Source: Candidatus Thorarchaeota archaeon SMTZ1-45 (GTDB taxonomy: Archaea; Asgardarchaeota; Thorarchaeia; Thorarchaeales; Thorarchaeaceae). From it: a DNA stretch of 15,024 nucleotides. Under the pieces are notes generated by a model, which ran no database searches, was not told where the DNA came from, and was given only the letters and a program-made list of their open reading frames with translations. Each line of letters begins with the position of its first letter. Position 1 is the stretch's first letter. The translations under genes and the position numbers were made by a program. Below are positions 4,474 to 13,063 of this stretch, piece by piece. The stretch spans positions 1 through 15,024 of the forward strand of contig LRSL01000101.1 in NCBI GenBank assembly GCA_001563335.1, in the 5' to 3' direction.

Positions 4474-7447
4474 AGATATCTCCAGCTTCTTCTTGTAATG
4501 ACAATAGGATGCGGTCGCTTGCACTTGTGGCTTTCTGAATGGTCTTCAGATAGTCCTGTCTTGACTTTTCAAAAGCAACGCGACTAATTCGTTGCTTCTT
4601 CTTCCGTAGTAGTAGCTGACGAAGGCCAGCCTTTGCACCCTCAATTCTTTCATCTTGAAGCTCAAGTTGCCCAACAAGATCTCGATACTTTGTCCCATAG
4701 TCTATCAGCTCCGCTCTCAGACTTGGGAGTTTGTTGTCAATCTCGTCAATTTGTTGTTTCAGGTCTCGTTCACGAATCATATACTCTCTCTTCTTTACCT
4801 TGCCTCTTCTTCGCGCTGCATCAAGCTTTTCCAAGTCCATGTTCAGTGAGGTTTTCCTTGAGTATAGATTTGCAAACTCTCTAAGGAGTTCAGGTGGAGC
4901 GCCGACTTGCTTGGGTTGTGTTTCTATGACATCCTCATCGTCTCGGGGTCCTAGGACTTCTTCAGGCAATTCGACCTTCCTCATTGCCACATATATGAGC
5001 CCGATGATTCCAATCAGAAGTGAGAAAACTGCAGGACGTGCTGCAGCCCCAAGTGTTGTTGTGTAGAATAATTCTATTGAGATTGGATTTCGCCTTGTCG
5101 TGTTATATGCTGTGTATCTGAGGGTGATATCGAAAACACCAAAAATCATTCGATAGCCTTCAGTTGCATCAGAGAATGACACTGTTGGAGTCAGTACAAC
5201 ATCAACAACATGTTTCAGAATGAAGACATCAGACAAAACAGCCATCGGTATTTGGAGCTTGTTTGCATTCAAATCAGCACTCTGATAATTACTTGTCTGA
5301 ATAATATAGTCTACAGTGAAGGTGTATCTAAATCCTGACTCCAGACCATCACCGAATCTGTCTGATACAAAGTTTATCCTGATAACACTGGTATCATTGA
5401 ATTCGTCATTTGCTATGAGTCTCTGCGACGACGCGAGAATACCGACCTCATCATAGATAGCGAATCTTGTGGAGTATGCAGGGACTTCGAATTCTAAATT
5501 GTTAAGGACACCAGCACCTATGTTGTTCAGTGTGATTGTTTCTCTGTAGAACAACCAGCCCCATGCATCTACAGTGATCCGTGTTGTGCGTTCAGCAACA
5601 ACATGTGTATTGAAGAGTCGCAGGTATGAGCCAAAGGTGTTTTTTGTGAATGGTGCCAGGTTACGAGCAGTTGAGTCTGGAATTGGCTCATTCGGTATCA
5701 ACGATCCACCCTGTTCAAAGACCAATGCAAACTCAGCATCACGAATGACATATGAGAGTAGGGGATATCTCAAGAACTCAAGTCGATATTCCCACTCACT
5801 GGGGTCTGTCAACCAGAACAGTCTTGTCATGTACATCGTTGTTTCGAAAGAGTACTGTTCTTGATATCCAATAGGGTCGCTGAAATGCAACCTCCAGCGT
5901 AGCATACCATTGGAGTCTGCAAGACGTGTGAGAGTAATCTCATTATCATCATCATCTATGGCAGTCATTGCTATGAAGTTTGATGCATAATCATCCGGTA
6001 GGAATATGTCAAAGTGGTTGATTGGGACAGAACCATTATTGACTATGGTATAACTGTCATCCACTCGGGACCCAAAGTGCACAGTTGGAACAAAGACACG
6101 TTCAACATCCACCTTCATGCCCAGATAGGGAGAGTAAGGCCTGTCAATAGTGACATTCACAAGTTCTATGGCTGTCGCATTTGATATGTCAGTTGCATTG
6201 AATGAAATAGTGTGAGATCCTTCAGAATATTCTGATATGTCAAGACTCACTTCCCAGAGTCTGGAAGTGAAGTCATACTCCAGAGAGCTCCAATCCTCTT
6301 GATCGAACCGATATGATGCGTCTTTCACCCAGTCATCAGTAGCATTGAGTTGCAGATTGACAACCCACTGTAGAGTGTCATTTTCTTTGGGGTTTTCAAC
6401 AATCAAAAGTGGCGGTGCATTTGGTTCAATGTTCACCATTGCAGGTTCGGTCCAAGAGGTATGCTGTACTGGTAATCCATTTAGCACCTCTTGATTACCA
6501 AACATAAAGATGAATGGAAATTGAATGTCTGTGCTGTTGAACAAGGGAATGTCGTTGATATCTGCACTGTTTAACAGAATCGCGAATTCAAGTTGAGTAA
6601 ATGTGCCATTGTCAGTTCCATCAGCCTGCAGAATCCTTGATTGGTCCGTGTCAGGACGATGTTGAAAAGTGCTTGTTCCATACTCATCACTGAATACAAT
6701 CTGACTCTGATCAGCTGGATTATCGAGCTCTGAGATTGTGTTCCTGTATATCCGCGTTAGTTCAATATCGTATATCAAGTCCTCTCCATAAAGCTCATGG
6801 TCCTTCTGAGTATAGGCTTGATGGGCGGGGATTGTGAAATGACGCTTCTCACCAACCCGCATTCCGAGTATGGCATCCTTGTACTTTTGGAGAGCATTAA
6901 CATCCTCAAGAGGTTGGACTGAGGTGATGTCTGGAAAGTCTGCCTCCTGAATTACTGTACCATTCCTCAATGTCAAGACATAGTGTACTGTCACAGCATC
7001 CGTCGGTAAGACCCTCCAATAAGGGTCAAGATTTGTACCAGGGGAATATCCAACTATGACATCACTGTTGTTCAGACCAGCTGCAGTGAATGTGTCAGTG
7101 TAGTTTTGCCATGCAAAGCCAATCCATCCTCCTGTTCTAGCCTCTAGACCAATAAACAACACAGTACCATTATGCTCAGCATAGACTCTAACCCCGGTCA
7201 CCGGATCCGTGTATGTGAGTGTATATTCAGTCGGGTCTATTATTCCATCAGTAATTCCATAGTAATCATCAACATAGGGGATAGATAGATTCACTACAGA
7301 CTCGGCCAAGGTTGACCCAAAGTCCCTGTTATGAGCCAAGTATCCTGATTCCAAAGTATCCGAGATTGGACTTAAAGCCATGAAACTGCTTGTCACGAAT
7401 AATGTGAGCAGTAGTAGGGTTGCTATCTTTCTATTCAACAGGCTCAA
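4472..7447 (-). CDS. RPN1: Ribophorin I (OST subunit RPN1/Ost1)-like type I membrane protein with N-terminal DOMON/CBM9-like, inserted FKBP and Ig-like domains and a cytosolic helical tail
   Basis: TTG start with GGTGA SD (7454-7458); signal peptide aa 1-25. RPN1-like motifs in aa ~444-797: 'NLAPF', 'TRITVDAWGWLFYRETITLNNIG' (cf. TRVIEVSHWGNIAVEE), 'VPAYSTRFAIYDEVGILASS' (cf. LP..YYRDEIGNVSTS), 'RF..GLESGFRYTFTVDY' (cf. RFPLFGGWKTHYIVGY). TM helix aa ~805-822. FKBP motifs 'DAVTVHY', 'GMRVGEKRHFTIPAHQAY', 'GEDLIYDIEL'. Confidence 0.82.
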   Translation of the reverse strand: MSLLNRKIATLLLLTLFVTSSFMALSPISDTLESGYLAHNRDFGSTLAESVVNLSIPYVDDYYGITDGIIDPTEYTLTYTDPVTGVRVYAEHNGTVLFIGLEARTGGWIGFAWQNYTDTFTAAGLNNSDVIVGYSPGTNLDPYWRVLPTDAVTVHYVLTLRNGTVIQEADFPDITSVQPLEDVNALQKYKDAILGMRVGEKRHFTIPAHQAYTQKDHELYGEDLIYDIELTRIYRNTISELDNPADQSQIVFSDEYGTSTFQHRPDTDQSRILQADGTDNGTFTQLEFAILLNSADINDIPLFNSTDIQFPFIFMFGNQEVLNGLPVQHTSWTEPAMVNIEPNAPPLLIVENPKENDTLQWVVNLQLNATDDWVKDASYRFDQEDWSSLEYDFTSRLWEVSLDISEYSEGSHTISFNATDISNATAIELVNVTIDRPYSPYLGMKVDVERVFVPTVHFGSRVDDSYTIVNNGSVPINHFDIFLPDDYASNFIAMTAIDDDDNEITLTRLADSNGMLRWRLHFSDPIGYQEQYSFETTMYMTRLFWLTDPSEWEYRLEFLRYPLLSYVIRDAEFALVFEQGGSLIPNEPIPDSTARNLAPFTKNTFGSYLRLFNTHVVAERTTRITVDAWGWLFYRETITLNNIGAGVLNNLEFEVPAYSTRFAIYDEVGILASSQRLIANDEFNDTSVIRINFVSDRFGDGLESGFRYTFTVDYIIQTSNYQSADLNANKLQIPMAVLSDVFILKHVVDVVLTPTVSFSDATEGYRMIFGVFDITLRYTAYNTTRRNPISIELFYTTTLGAAARPAVFSLLIGIIGLIYVAMRKVELPEEVLGPRDDEDVIETQPKQVGAPPELLREFANLYSRKTSLNMDLEKLDAARRRGKVKKREYMIRERDLKQQIDEIDNKLPSLRAELIDYGTKYRDLVGQLELQDERIEGAKAGLRQLLLRKKKQRISRVAFEKSRQDYLKTIQKATSASDRILLSLQEEAGDI

Positions 7448-7638
7448 TATGAATCACCGTGATTTCATCGGGGTTTATGTCGAGTGGATTCAGATTCCAC
7501 TATACGGGAGATTGGTCGCTCGAGCTTCTGGTTTGTTATTATAGATTTCGGATGTTGAAAGCATGCACGAACAATCGAATCCTCTCCGAAAGAGTCAAAA
7601 TGGTATCAAAGTGCCATCAGGCATCGGAAGTGGTCCAT

Positions 7639-8676
7639 GTGATTTCAATCCTCATTGCTTTATCTGCAGCATTTACAGTTGTTATACTTTTCATGCCTCA
7701 GGTAATCAAGATGCTGCGTGAGGCGGGGAGATTTGGAATCGATGTGCATAAACCAGAGAAGCCTGAGGTGCCCAAAGGTGGTGGACTCATAGTACTCTTC
7801 GCAATAGTCTTCGGCCTGCTTGTAGTCATTGGTATCACGACATTTCAGGAACAAGCAGAGGTCCATGAGGGGCTCCTTGCTGCATTGGTTTCAATACTCA
7901 TGGCAGGTTTCATTGGTCTTCTAGATGATACTTTTAATTTCACGACACGGACAAAAATCATCCTTCCATTGGTTGCCTCTATTCCAATGGTCGCAGTGAG
8001 TGTGGGCAACCCTACCATTTCAATTCCCTTTATTGGTACTATCAACTTTGGTCCATTCTATGCCCTTCTTATTGTCCCCTTGATGATGACTTTTATTGTA
8101 GACTCTACTAACATGTATGGGGGTATGAATGGACTTGAAGCAGGTCTAAGTACGATCAATTCCTCAGCAGTCATACTCTATGTCCTACTTTCGCCCTACG
8201 TTAATGGACATACGATAACGACAGCTCAGACTGACGCTGGAATGGTGGCTGCATCTCTATTTGGTGCATCTATTGCTTTTCTAATCTTCAACAGATTTCC
8301 AGCCAAAGTATTGCCAGGAGATGTTGGTAGGCTTCCACTTGGAGCTGCAATGGCGGCAGCGTTAATCTTGGGCAACATGGACCGGCTAGCCATAATAATG
8401 TACATACCATTCATGTTGAACTTTCTGCTTTACATAATATATCGTGTGTATGTCAAAAGAAGAAGAACCGAGTATGTAAAGTTCGCATCTCCAAGGGAGG
8501 ATGGGACTCTGGAGGTGATTGGTCCATTTACGATATATTGGATACTGCCATATCTCTCTAAGAACATAACAGAAAAACGGAATGTGCAAATGCTATTACT
8601 TCTGCAAGCGCTGATAGCATATGGAGCTGTGGTCTTTCTCCTCATTGCATATCCACTTGGAGTAGGTATAATCTAG
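7639..8676 (+). CDS. aglH: UDP-GlcNAc:dolichyl-phosphate GlcNAc-1-phosphotransferase (AglH/ALG7/DPAGT1-like, MraY/glycosyl transferase family 4)
   Basis: Polytopic membrane protein with 'GIDVHK..PEVPKGGG', 'GLLDD', 'NMYGGMNGLEAG', 'FNRFPAKVLPGDVG'. The ORF track starts at 7459, but the first ~60 codons look non-coding. Likely start is GTG 7639 after GAAGTGGT; ATG 7600 is an alternative. Confidence 0.85.
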   Translation: MISILIALSAAFTVVILFMPQVIKMLREAGRFGIDVHKPEKPEVPKGGGLIVLFAIVFGLLVVIGITTFQEQAEVHEGLLAALVSILMAGFIGLLDDTFNFTTRTKIILPLVASIPMVAVSVGNPTISIPFIGTINFGPFYALLIVPLMMTFIVDSTNMYGGMNGLEAGLSTINSSAVILYVLLSPYVNGHTITTAQTDAGMVAASLFGASIAFLIFNRFPAKVLPGDVGRLPLGAAMAAALILGNMDRLAIIMYIPFMLNFLLYIIYRVYVKRRRTEYVKFASPREDGTLEVIGPFTIYWILPYLSKNITEKRNVQMLLLLQALIAYGAVVFLLIAYPLGVGII

Positions 8677-9725
8677 TTGATTTTATTTGAGAGATAAGCG
8701 TCCACAACGTAGTCCATTCCAAACCTGCTGAATGCTTGTTGCTCAGCTTTTATGCGAATTTGTCTGAATTGTTGAATGTAATTTTGCCATTCTGGTTCAT
8801 CATACCGAACATCACGAGAGAGTTCTTCAAGTCGCCTTAGGTCCACATCGCTCATCGGTTCTGTTGGTAGTGAGTATTGGATAATATCTTCAGGAGTGAC
8901 TCCAATCCACTTTGCTTCTGGTATTGTCAGTTCTTTGATGTGTGCGGAATTTGCACTTCCGCTGGTGATAACTTTAGCAATATGCATTCCCCAAGGGTCA
9001 CCATCAGTGAAGATATACACAGGTAATCCAAGTGTTGCGTTTAAGTTTCTCATAAGTCGTCGGGTCGACCTAGGCGGTTGACCACCAAGTTGTATTAGTA
9101 CTGCGTTGAACCTTTTCCAAGCCTTAGTTTCAATCAATCTGGAGAACATACCTCCGGACTCTACGGCCAAGATGATTTTCGCATTGGACTTGAGGGGTTT
9201 CGCAGTCATGAGAGCTGGCCCCACAGGTAATCCATCAGGACTTATTGTGAGATCGATTTCTTTGCCTTCATAGCCTGTAACTGTATATCGCATCACCACC
9301 TCACCATAGATTGATGAGTGTTCTTCAGGATAGATACCAAAACTCTCGCGAGGAAGACTGGTGATACTTTCAAGATCAGTCACAATACGATCGGAGTCGG
9401 ATTGGTCAGTAAAGCCAACACCAAAAGCTTCTGAGGAGTAGTATAGGTCTCTTAGGGAACTGGTCCTGGATGCTCTGAGTAGTTCCTTTGCAAAGGATGC
9501 AACCCAGGTCAGCTGAGCAAAACGTTTCACATGTTTCACATTGCTAGAATCGCGTATGTTTCTGGAGGGTCCTAGGACATAGCGGTTGGATTCATCATCG
9601 AAGACAATATTTTTAGTGCTGCGGTCAGGTATCTCAAGCACGGGGTATCTGTACTCAAGTAAAGCATGGACTATCCTTTTCCCAAGTGCAGTCAGGGTTT
9701 CTATAGCAGATTTTGCGTTATTCAT
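8673..9725 (-). CDS. top6A: DNA topoisomerase VI subunit A
   Basis: Catalytic 'SLRDLYY', TOPRIM 'VESGGMF' and 'FTDGDPWG', C-terminal 'KAEQQA'. Overlaps the top6B stop by 8 nt. Confidence 0.97.
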   Translation of the reverse strand: MNNAKSAIETLTALGKRIVHALLEYRYPVLEIPDRSTKNIVFDDESNRYVLGPSRNIRDSSNVKHVKRFAQLTWVASFAKELLRASRTSSLRDLYYSSEAFGVGFTDQSDSDRIVTDLESITSLPRESFGIYPEEHSSIYGEVVMRYTVTGYEGKEIDLTISPDGLPVGPALMTAKPLKSNAKIILAVESGGMFSRLIETKAWKRFNAVLIQLGGQPPRSTRRLMRNLNATLGLPVYIFTDGDPWGMHIAKVITSGSANSAHIKELTIPEAKWIGVTPEDIIQYSLPTEPMSDVDLRRLEELSRDVRYDEPEWQNYIQQFRQIRIKAEQQAFSRFGMDYVVDAYLSNKIN

Positions 9726-11244
9726 CTGGCTCCACCTCGAAAAGCTTCTTTACAAGATTATCAACAGAGGGCACTTCATCAATATCAGCCAGCGCTGCAC
9801 TGAATCGGGCAATCTGCCTGAATGATTTTGAGAACTCTCGCATCTTCTTTGATTCACGAGCACTTCGTCTATATCGAGAGTTTATTTTTCCAAGCTTTCG
9901 ACCTAATTCTTTGATAATTTGGTATGCAGCTTGTTCAATCTCAGAAACAGATGCAAGAGACTGTTTTCCTGCAGCCTTGAATGGGATTTTGCTGGAGCAT
10001 AGATGTAGGAATATTGCGACTGGTTCTGACTTGTTGATGCCATACCTTGACCAGTTAACTCTCTTCAGAGTTCTTGTTAAGACACCATCAGTTGAGTCAT
10101 AGAGAAGGGGAACTCTATTTGCAAATCTATAGAGTGTTGGGATATCGGAACGTGGAAAGTCATCTCCCATGGCGACTACAGCTTCAATCACGAAGGGATT
10201 GCCTTGCCATTCACTAACACCATGACTTGCATACTCAGCTATCTTCACATTGAAGACTGATTTTATAGCATTCAAGAGTTCATTTTTTCCGATGATGCTT
10301 AGGCACTTGCTGTCTGGACGTTCAAAACCATCATACTTCCTTAATGCATTCGCTAGTTGGGACAATTCATCTCTGTTGAGTTCGGATACAATGCAATTCG
10401 GATTCAGATTCATGAATCGAAGAAAACGTGTAGAAGTCTTGGGACCTATTTTCTGAAAAGAGCTGCAAAGAAAATCATCCAGACTCCTTTTTTCATTATT
10501 CTGAACAAGTCTTCGAAGGACCTCCATATCTACAGATCGTGGATGAGGTTTTGAAGGTCTGATTGGTGAAGGGAGAGTATCAGACCATCCACCCAGGTCC
10601 AGCTGAATTTCCTCATCTATCCTAAGGGTAAGTTTTGCATGAGGTGTAGATACTGTAGAGAGACGTAGGTATTCAATAATTCGTTCCTGGGACCGTTTTA
10701 AGTCACCCTTCAGCTTGATGGTTACAGTAGTTCCAGTTTCATCGCGATGATGTTCTTCCTCATACTCCACAAGAGGACGGTTGTTCTTAACATCAACGAA
10801 TATCTTGTAGAGATGTCCTTTGGATTTGTATGTCTTTGAGTGAATGATCACGGGAGAATCTGTAGTTATCTGACCATACAGTATAGCCATAGTAACACCC
10901 AAGCCAAAGGTTCCTCGTTTCTGTTGTTGTGAATACTTACTTCCATAGAGTACGCGTCCAAATGCTAATGGAACCTGTTCTGGAGGAACTCCAGTGCCAT
11001 TATCGGATACTGTGACCGTAATCGTATCAGGTCCTACATTTTTGATTTCAATGTCTAAAATTGGATAGGTTTGGGCATCTTCACACGAGTCTAAACTGTT
11101 CTCAACTAGCTCTCTAACTGTGGAGTATACAGCCTGTGTAGGATTACCAAAGCCAGCCATCTGTCGATTCCTGTAGAAAAACTCAGCTGGTGAGATGCTT
11201 TCAAAACTGGCGTTGAAGGACTTTTGGTGACTCATGCTACTCAT
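9718..11244 (-). CDS. top6B: DNA topoisomerase VI subunit B
   Basis: 'SISPAEFFYRN', GHKL motifs 'RELVENSLD', 'DNGTG', 'RGTFGLG', 'GTTV'; H2TH 'FQKIGPKT'; transducer 'RFANRVPLLYD', 'WSRY', 'IPFKAAGKQ'. Confidence 0.97.
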   Translation of the reverse strand: MSSMSHQKSFNASFESISPAEFFYRNRQMAGFGNPTQAVYSTVRELVENSLDSCEDAQTYPILDIEIKNVGPDTITVTVSDNGTGVPPEQVPLAFGRVLYGSKYSQQQKRGTFGLGVTMAILYGQITTDSPVIIHSKTYKSKGHLYKIFVDVKNNRPLVEYEEEHHRDETGTTVTIKLKGDLKRSQERIIEYLRLSTVSTPHAKLTLRIDEEIQLDLGGWSDTLPSPIRPSKPHPRSVDMEVLRRLVQNNEKRSLDDFLCSSFQKIGPKTSTRFLRFMNLNPNCIVSELNRDELSQLANALRKYDGFERPDSKCLSIIGKNELLNAIKSVFNVKIAEYASHGVSEWQGNPFVIEAVVAMGDDFPRSDIPTLYRFANRVPLLYDSTDGVLTRTLKRVNWSRYGINKSEPVAIFLHLCSSKIPFKAAGKQSLASVSEIEQAAYQIIKELGRKLGKINSRYRRSARESKKMREFSKSFRQIARFSAALADIDEVPSVDNLVKKLFEVEPDE

Positions 11245-11288
11245 GAATAAAACAACGTCTAGTCATATTAGACGAGGTATTACACGTG

Positions 11289-11855
11289 TCATAGGTCCGT
11301 GTCTTCCCAAAGTTCAGCTCTTTGGCGATTCATATCTCTCCGCATCTTCTCCAAACGAGAATAGACTGCACTGTGTGGTGCACCAGCAATGAGCATATCA
11401 ATGGCTCTTCTAGCATAGTCCAAACCAGGATTCATTCCAATTATGGAGACTGTCTTGCCATAGACTGATATTTTGGTTTCTGTAGTCTGTTCAATGACTC
11501 TTCTTGTACGACCATTCTCTCCGATGATCCGTCCTGCGACTCGTTTCATCTGGCTCTGCGAAGCCCCTACAACTTCTCGTAGAGAGATTACCACTAGCAG
11601 CATATCATCATCGATGAGAGAGAACGCATTCTTTGGACTAAAGCCTCGAGCCATTGCTCGAATAATGTCACGAGCTTTCCATGCGAGGACAGGATCCTCA
11701 GAATTTTCAGGTGCTGTAATAGTTACAGTTCCTTCAGAATTCACTTCAATCTTGACATTTGTGAGCTCTTCAACACGTCGCTTAACTTTACCATTGCGTC
11801 CTACAATCACGCCAACTCGGTCTTCTGGCACTTTGATTGTTTCATGATAAAGCAT
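11289..11855 (-). CDS. dim2: KH-domain ribosome biogenesis protein (Dim2/Pno1/Krr1 family)
   Basis: Two KH GxxG loops ('VIVGRNGKVKRRVE', 'GRIIGENGRTRRVIE'), 'ARGFSP', 'GAPHSAVY'. Canonical position between rio1 and top6B. Confidence 0.93.
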   Translation of the reverse strand: MLYHETIKVPEDRVGVIVGRNGKVKRRVEELTNVKIEVNSEGTVTITAPENSEDPVLAWKARDIIRAMARGFSPKNAFSLIDDDMLLVVISLREVVGASQSQMKRVAGRIIGENGRTRRVIEQTTETKISVYGKTVSIIGMNPGLDYARRAIDMLIAGAPHSAVYSRLEKMRRDMNRQRAELWEDTDL

Positions 11856-12644
11856 TCATTCCTCACCAACTGTAAGTATATGTTTAGTAATGACTTCAGG
11901 GTTCTCTGTATCGACACCTAATTTTGTGAAATAATTGGTTATGTTTTGAATGTCACGGAAGAGATATTTTTTCGCATATTCGTGGGTAGTCAGAACGGCC
12001 TGAGACACATCAATGAAAACAGGTTTTCGTAGCCATAGAATGTTGTACTCAGAGAGATCAGCGTGGACTAGTCCAGCTTTTGTATAGCCATTCTCAATCA
12101 TTCGAATGATTTCATTGAATGTCTTCACAGGAGAAGGTATCTCGATGTTCTTGAGCATAGGCGCGGGTAGATTGGTCTTAGTGTCTCCGATAAACTCCAT
12201 AACAAGTACATTCCGCTCAATATCTATCGGTTTTGGAACACGAATTCCAGCCTCATGATACCTGATGAGATTCTTGTACTCCTTTGTTGCCCATTGCGGG
12301 ATCAATGATCTGCTACGGCGTTTCACATTCTTAAACCTAGGATCTCCAATAATATATTCAAGCATGAAGTCTGTTTCAGCAGTAGAAACACGGTATATCT
12401 TGACAGCAACTGATTTTCCATCAGCGTCCTCCCCACGATATACATTGGCTTCCTTTCCAGTGCTTATCGCACCATGCAGAGCACTAAGAGTTCCACGGTT
12501 CAGGAGCTTGTATAGAGTCTTTAGGGTGGGTGGATCAATTACACCCTCAACTACTTTGAACTCATCATCGTCCTTCCGCCGTTTTCGTTTGCGACGGTCG
12601 AGTTCTGAGATGATTCTCTCGTGTTGTTCATCAGCTCGCTTCAC
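11856..12644 (-). CDS. rio1: RIO1 atypical serine/threonine kinase
   Basis: 'ISTGKEANVY', 'AVKIYR', 'YIIGDPRF', 'LVHADLSEYNIL', 'FIDVSQAV'. GTG start. Confidence 0.96.
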   Translation of the reverse strand: MKRADEQHERIISELDRRKRKRRKDDDEFKVVEGVIDPPTLKTLYKLLNRGTLSALHGAISTGKEANVYRGEDADGKSVAVKIYRVSTAETDFMLEYIIGDPRFKNVKRRSRSLIPQWATKEYKNLIRYHEAGIRVPKPIDIERNVLVMEFIGDTKTNLPAPMLKNIEIPSPVKTFNEIIRMIENGYTKAGLVHADLSEYNILWLRKPVFIDVSQAVLTTHEYAKKYLFRDIQNITNYFTKLGVDTENPEVITKHILTVGEE

Positions 12645-12724
12645 TAGTTACTGCCATCCTAAATGCTACTGTTATGGAAACATGTGAAATAAGAAATTGT
12701 ACTCAAAAAAGCCTTGACTTCATT

Positions 12725-13063
12725 TCAAAACATCTTCAGAATGCCTCTCTTTTGCAGCCAGTCTATCTCGTTACCTTTGTAACGATGAATCACATCACAC
12801 TTCTCGTCACTCTGAAAATCCCATGGAATAATTAGGACTGTATCCCCAATCCGCATCCAGACTCTCTTCTTCATTCTGCCTGGAATCCTGCCCACACGGA
12901 TGTTTTGATCTTCACATCTGACTCGAACTCGGTCAAAACCCAGCATCTGGATGATGATTCCAAACATCTCTCCATCATCGCGTCGCGGGGTCCTGACTCT
13001 TAGTGGTTCGTCAGGGCCAGTACTTTGTTGCGGTCGTTTACCACCGCCTTTTTTTCGGGACAA
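12725..13063 (-). CDS. eif1a: Translation initiation factor aIF-1A
   Basis: 'GIIIQMLG', 'GRIPGRMKKRVWMRIGDTVLIIPWDFQ', 'DVIHRY'. TTG start preceded by GGAGG (13070-13074). Confidence 0.96.
   Translation of the reverse strand: MSRKKGGGKRPQQSTGPDEPLRVRTPRRDDGEMFGIIIQMLGFDRVRVRCEDQNIRVGRIPGRMKKRVWMRIGDTVLIIPWDFQSDEKCDVIHRYKGNEIDWLQKRGILKMF

Noticed and set aside
4347-4474. Pyrrolysine/read-through at the ribophorin TAG followed by a hairpin
   Set aside because: Read-through is out of frame with the HD gene and gives only a short featureless peptide. TAG also ends top6A, nmd3 and other genes at their expected termini.
7459-7638. N-terminal 60 aa of the 405-aa ORF, or an ncRNA in the divergent spacer
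   Set aside because: The extension lacks family similarity and would leave no promoter space for the divergent genes. Only short weak hairpins are visible, with no recognisable RNA motif.
8673-9725. Meiotic Spo11-like interpretation of top6A
   Set aside because: It is translationally coupled to an intact top6B in the standard archaeal rio1-KH-top6B-top6A cluster, so it is ordinary topoisomerase VI.
11256-11274. Inverted repeat CGTCTA-N7-TAGACG just upstream of top6B
   Set aside because: A 6-bp stem with no second copy or T tract; not distinguishable from chance.
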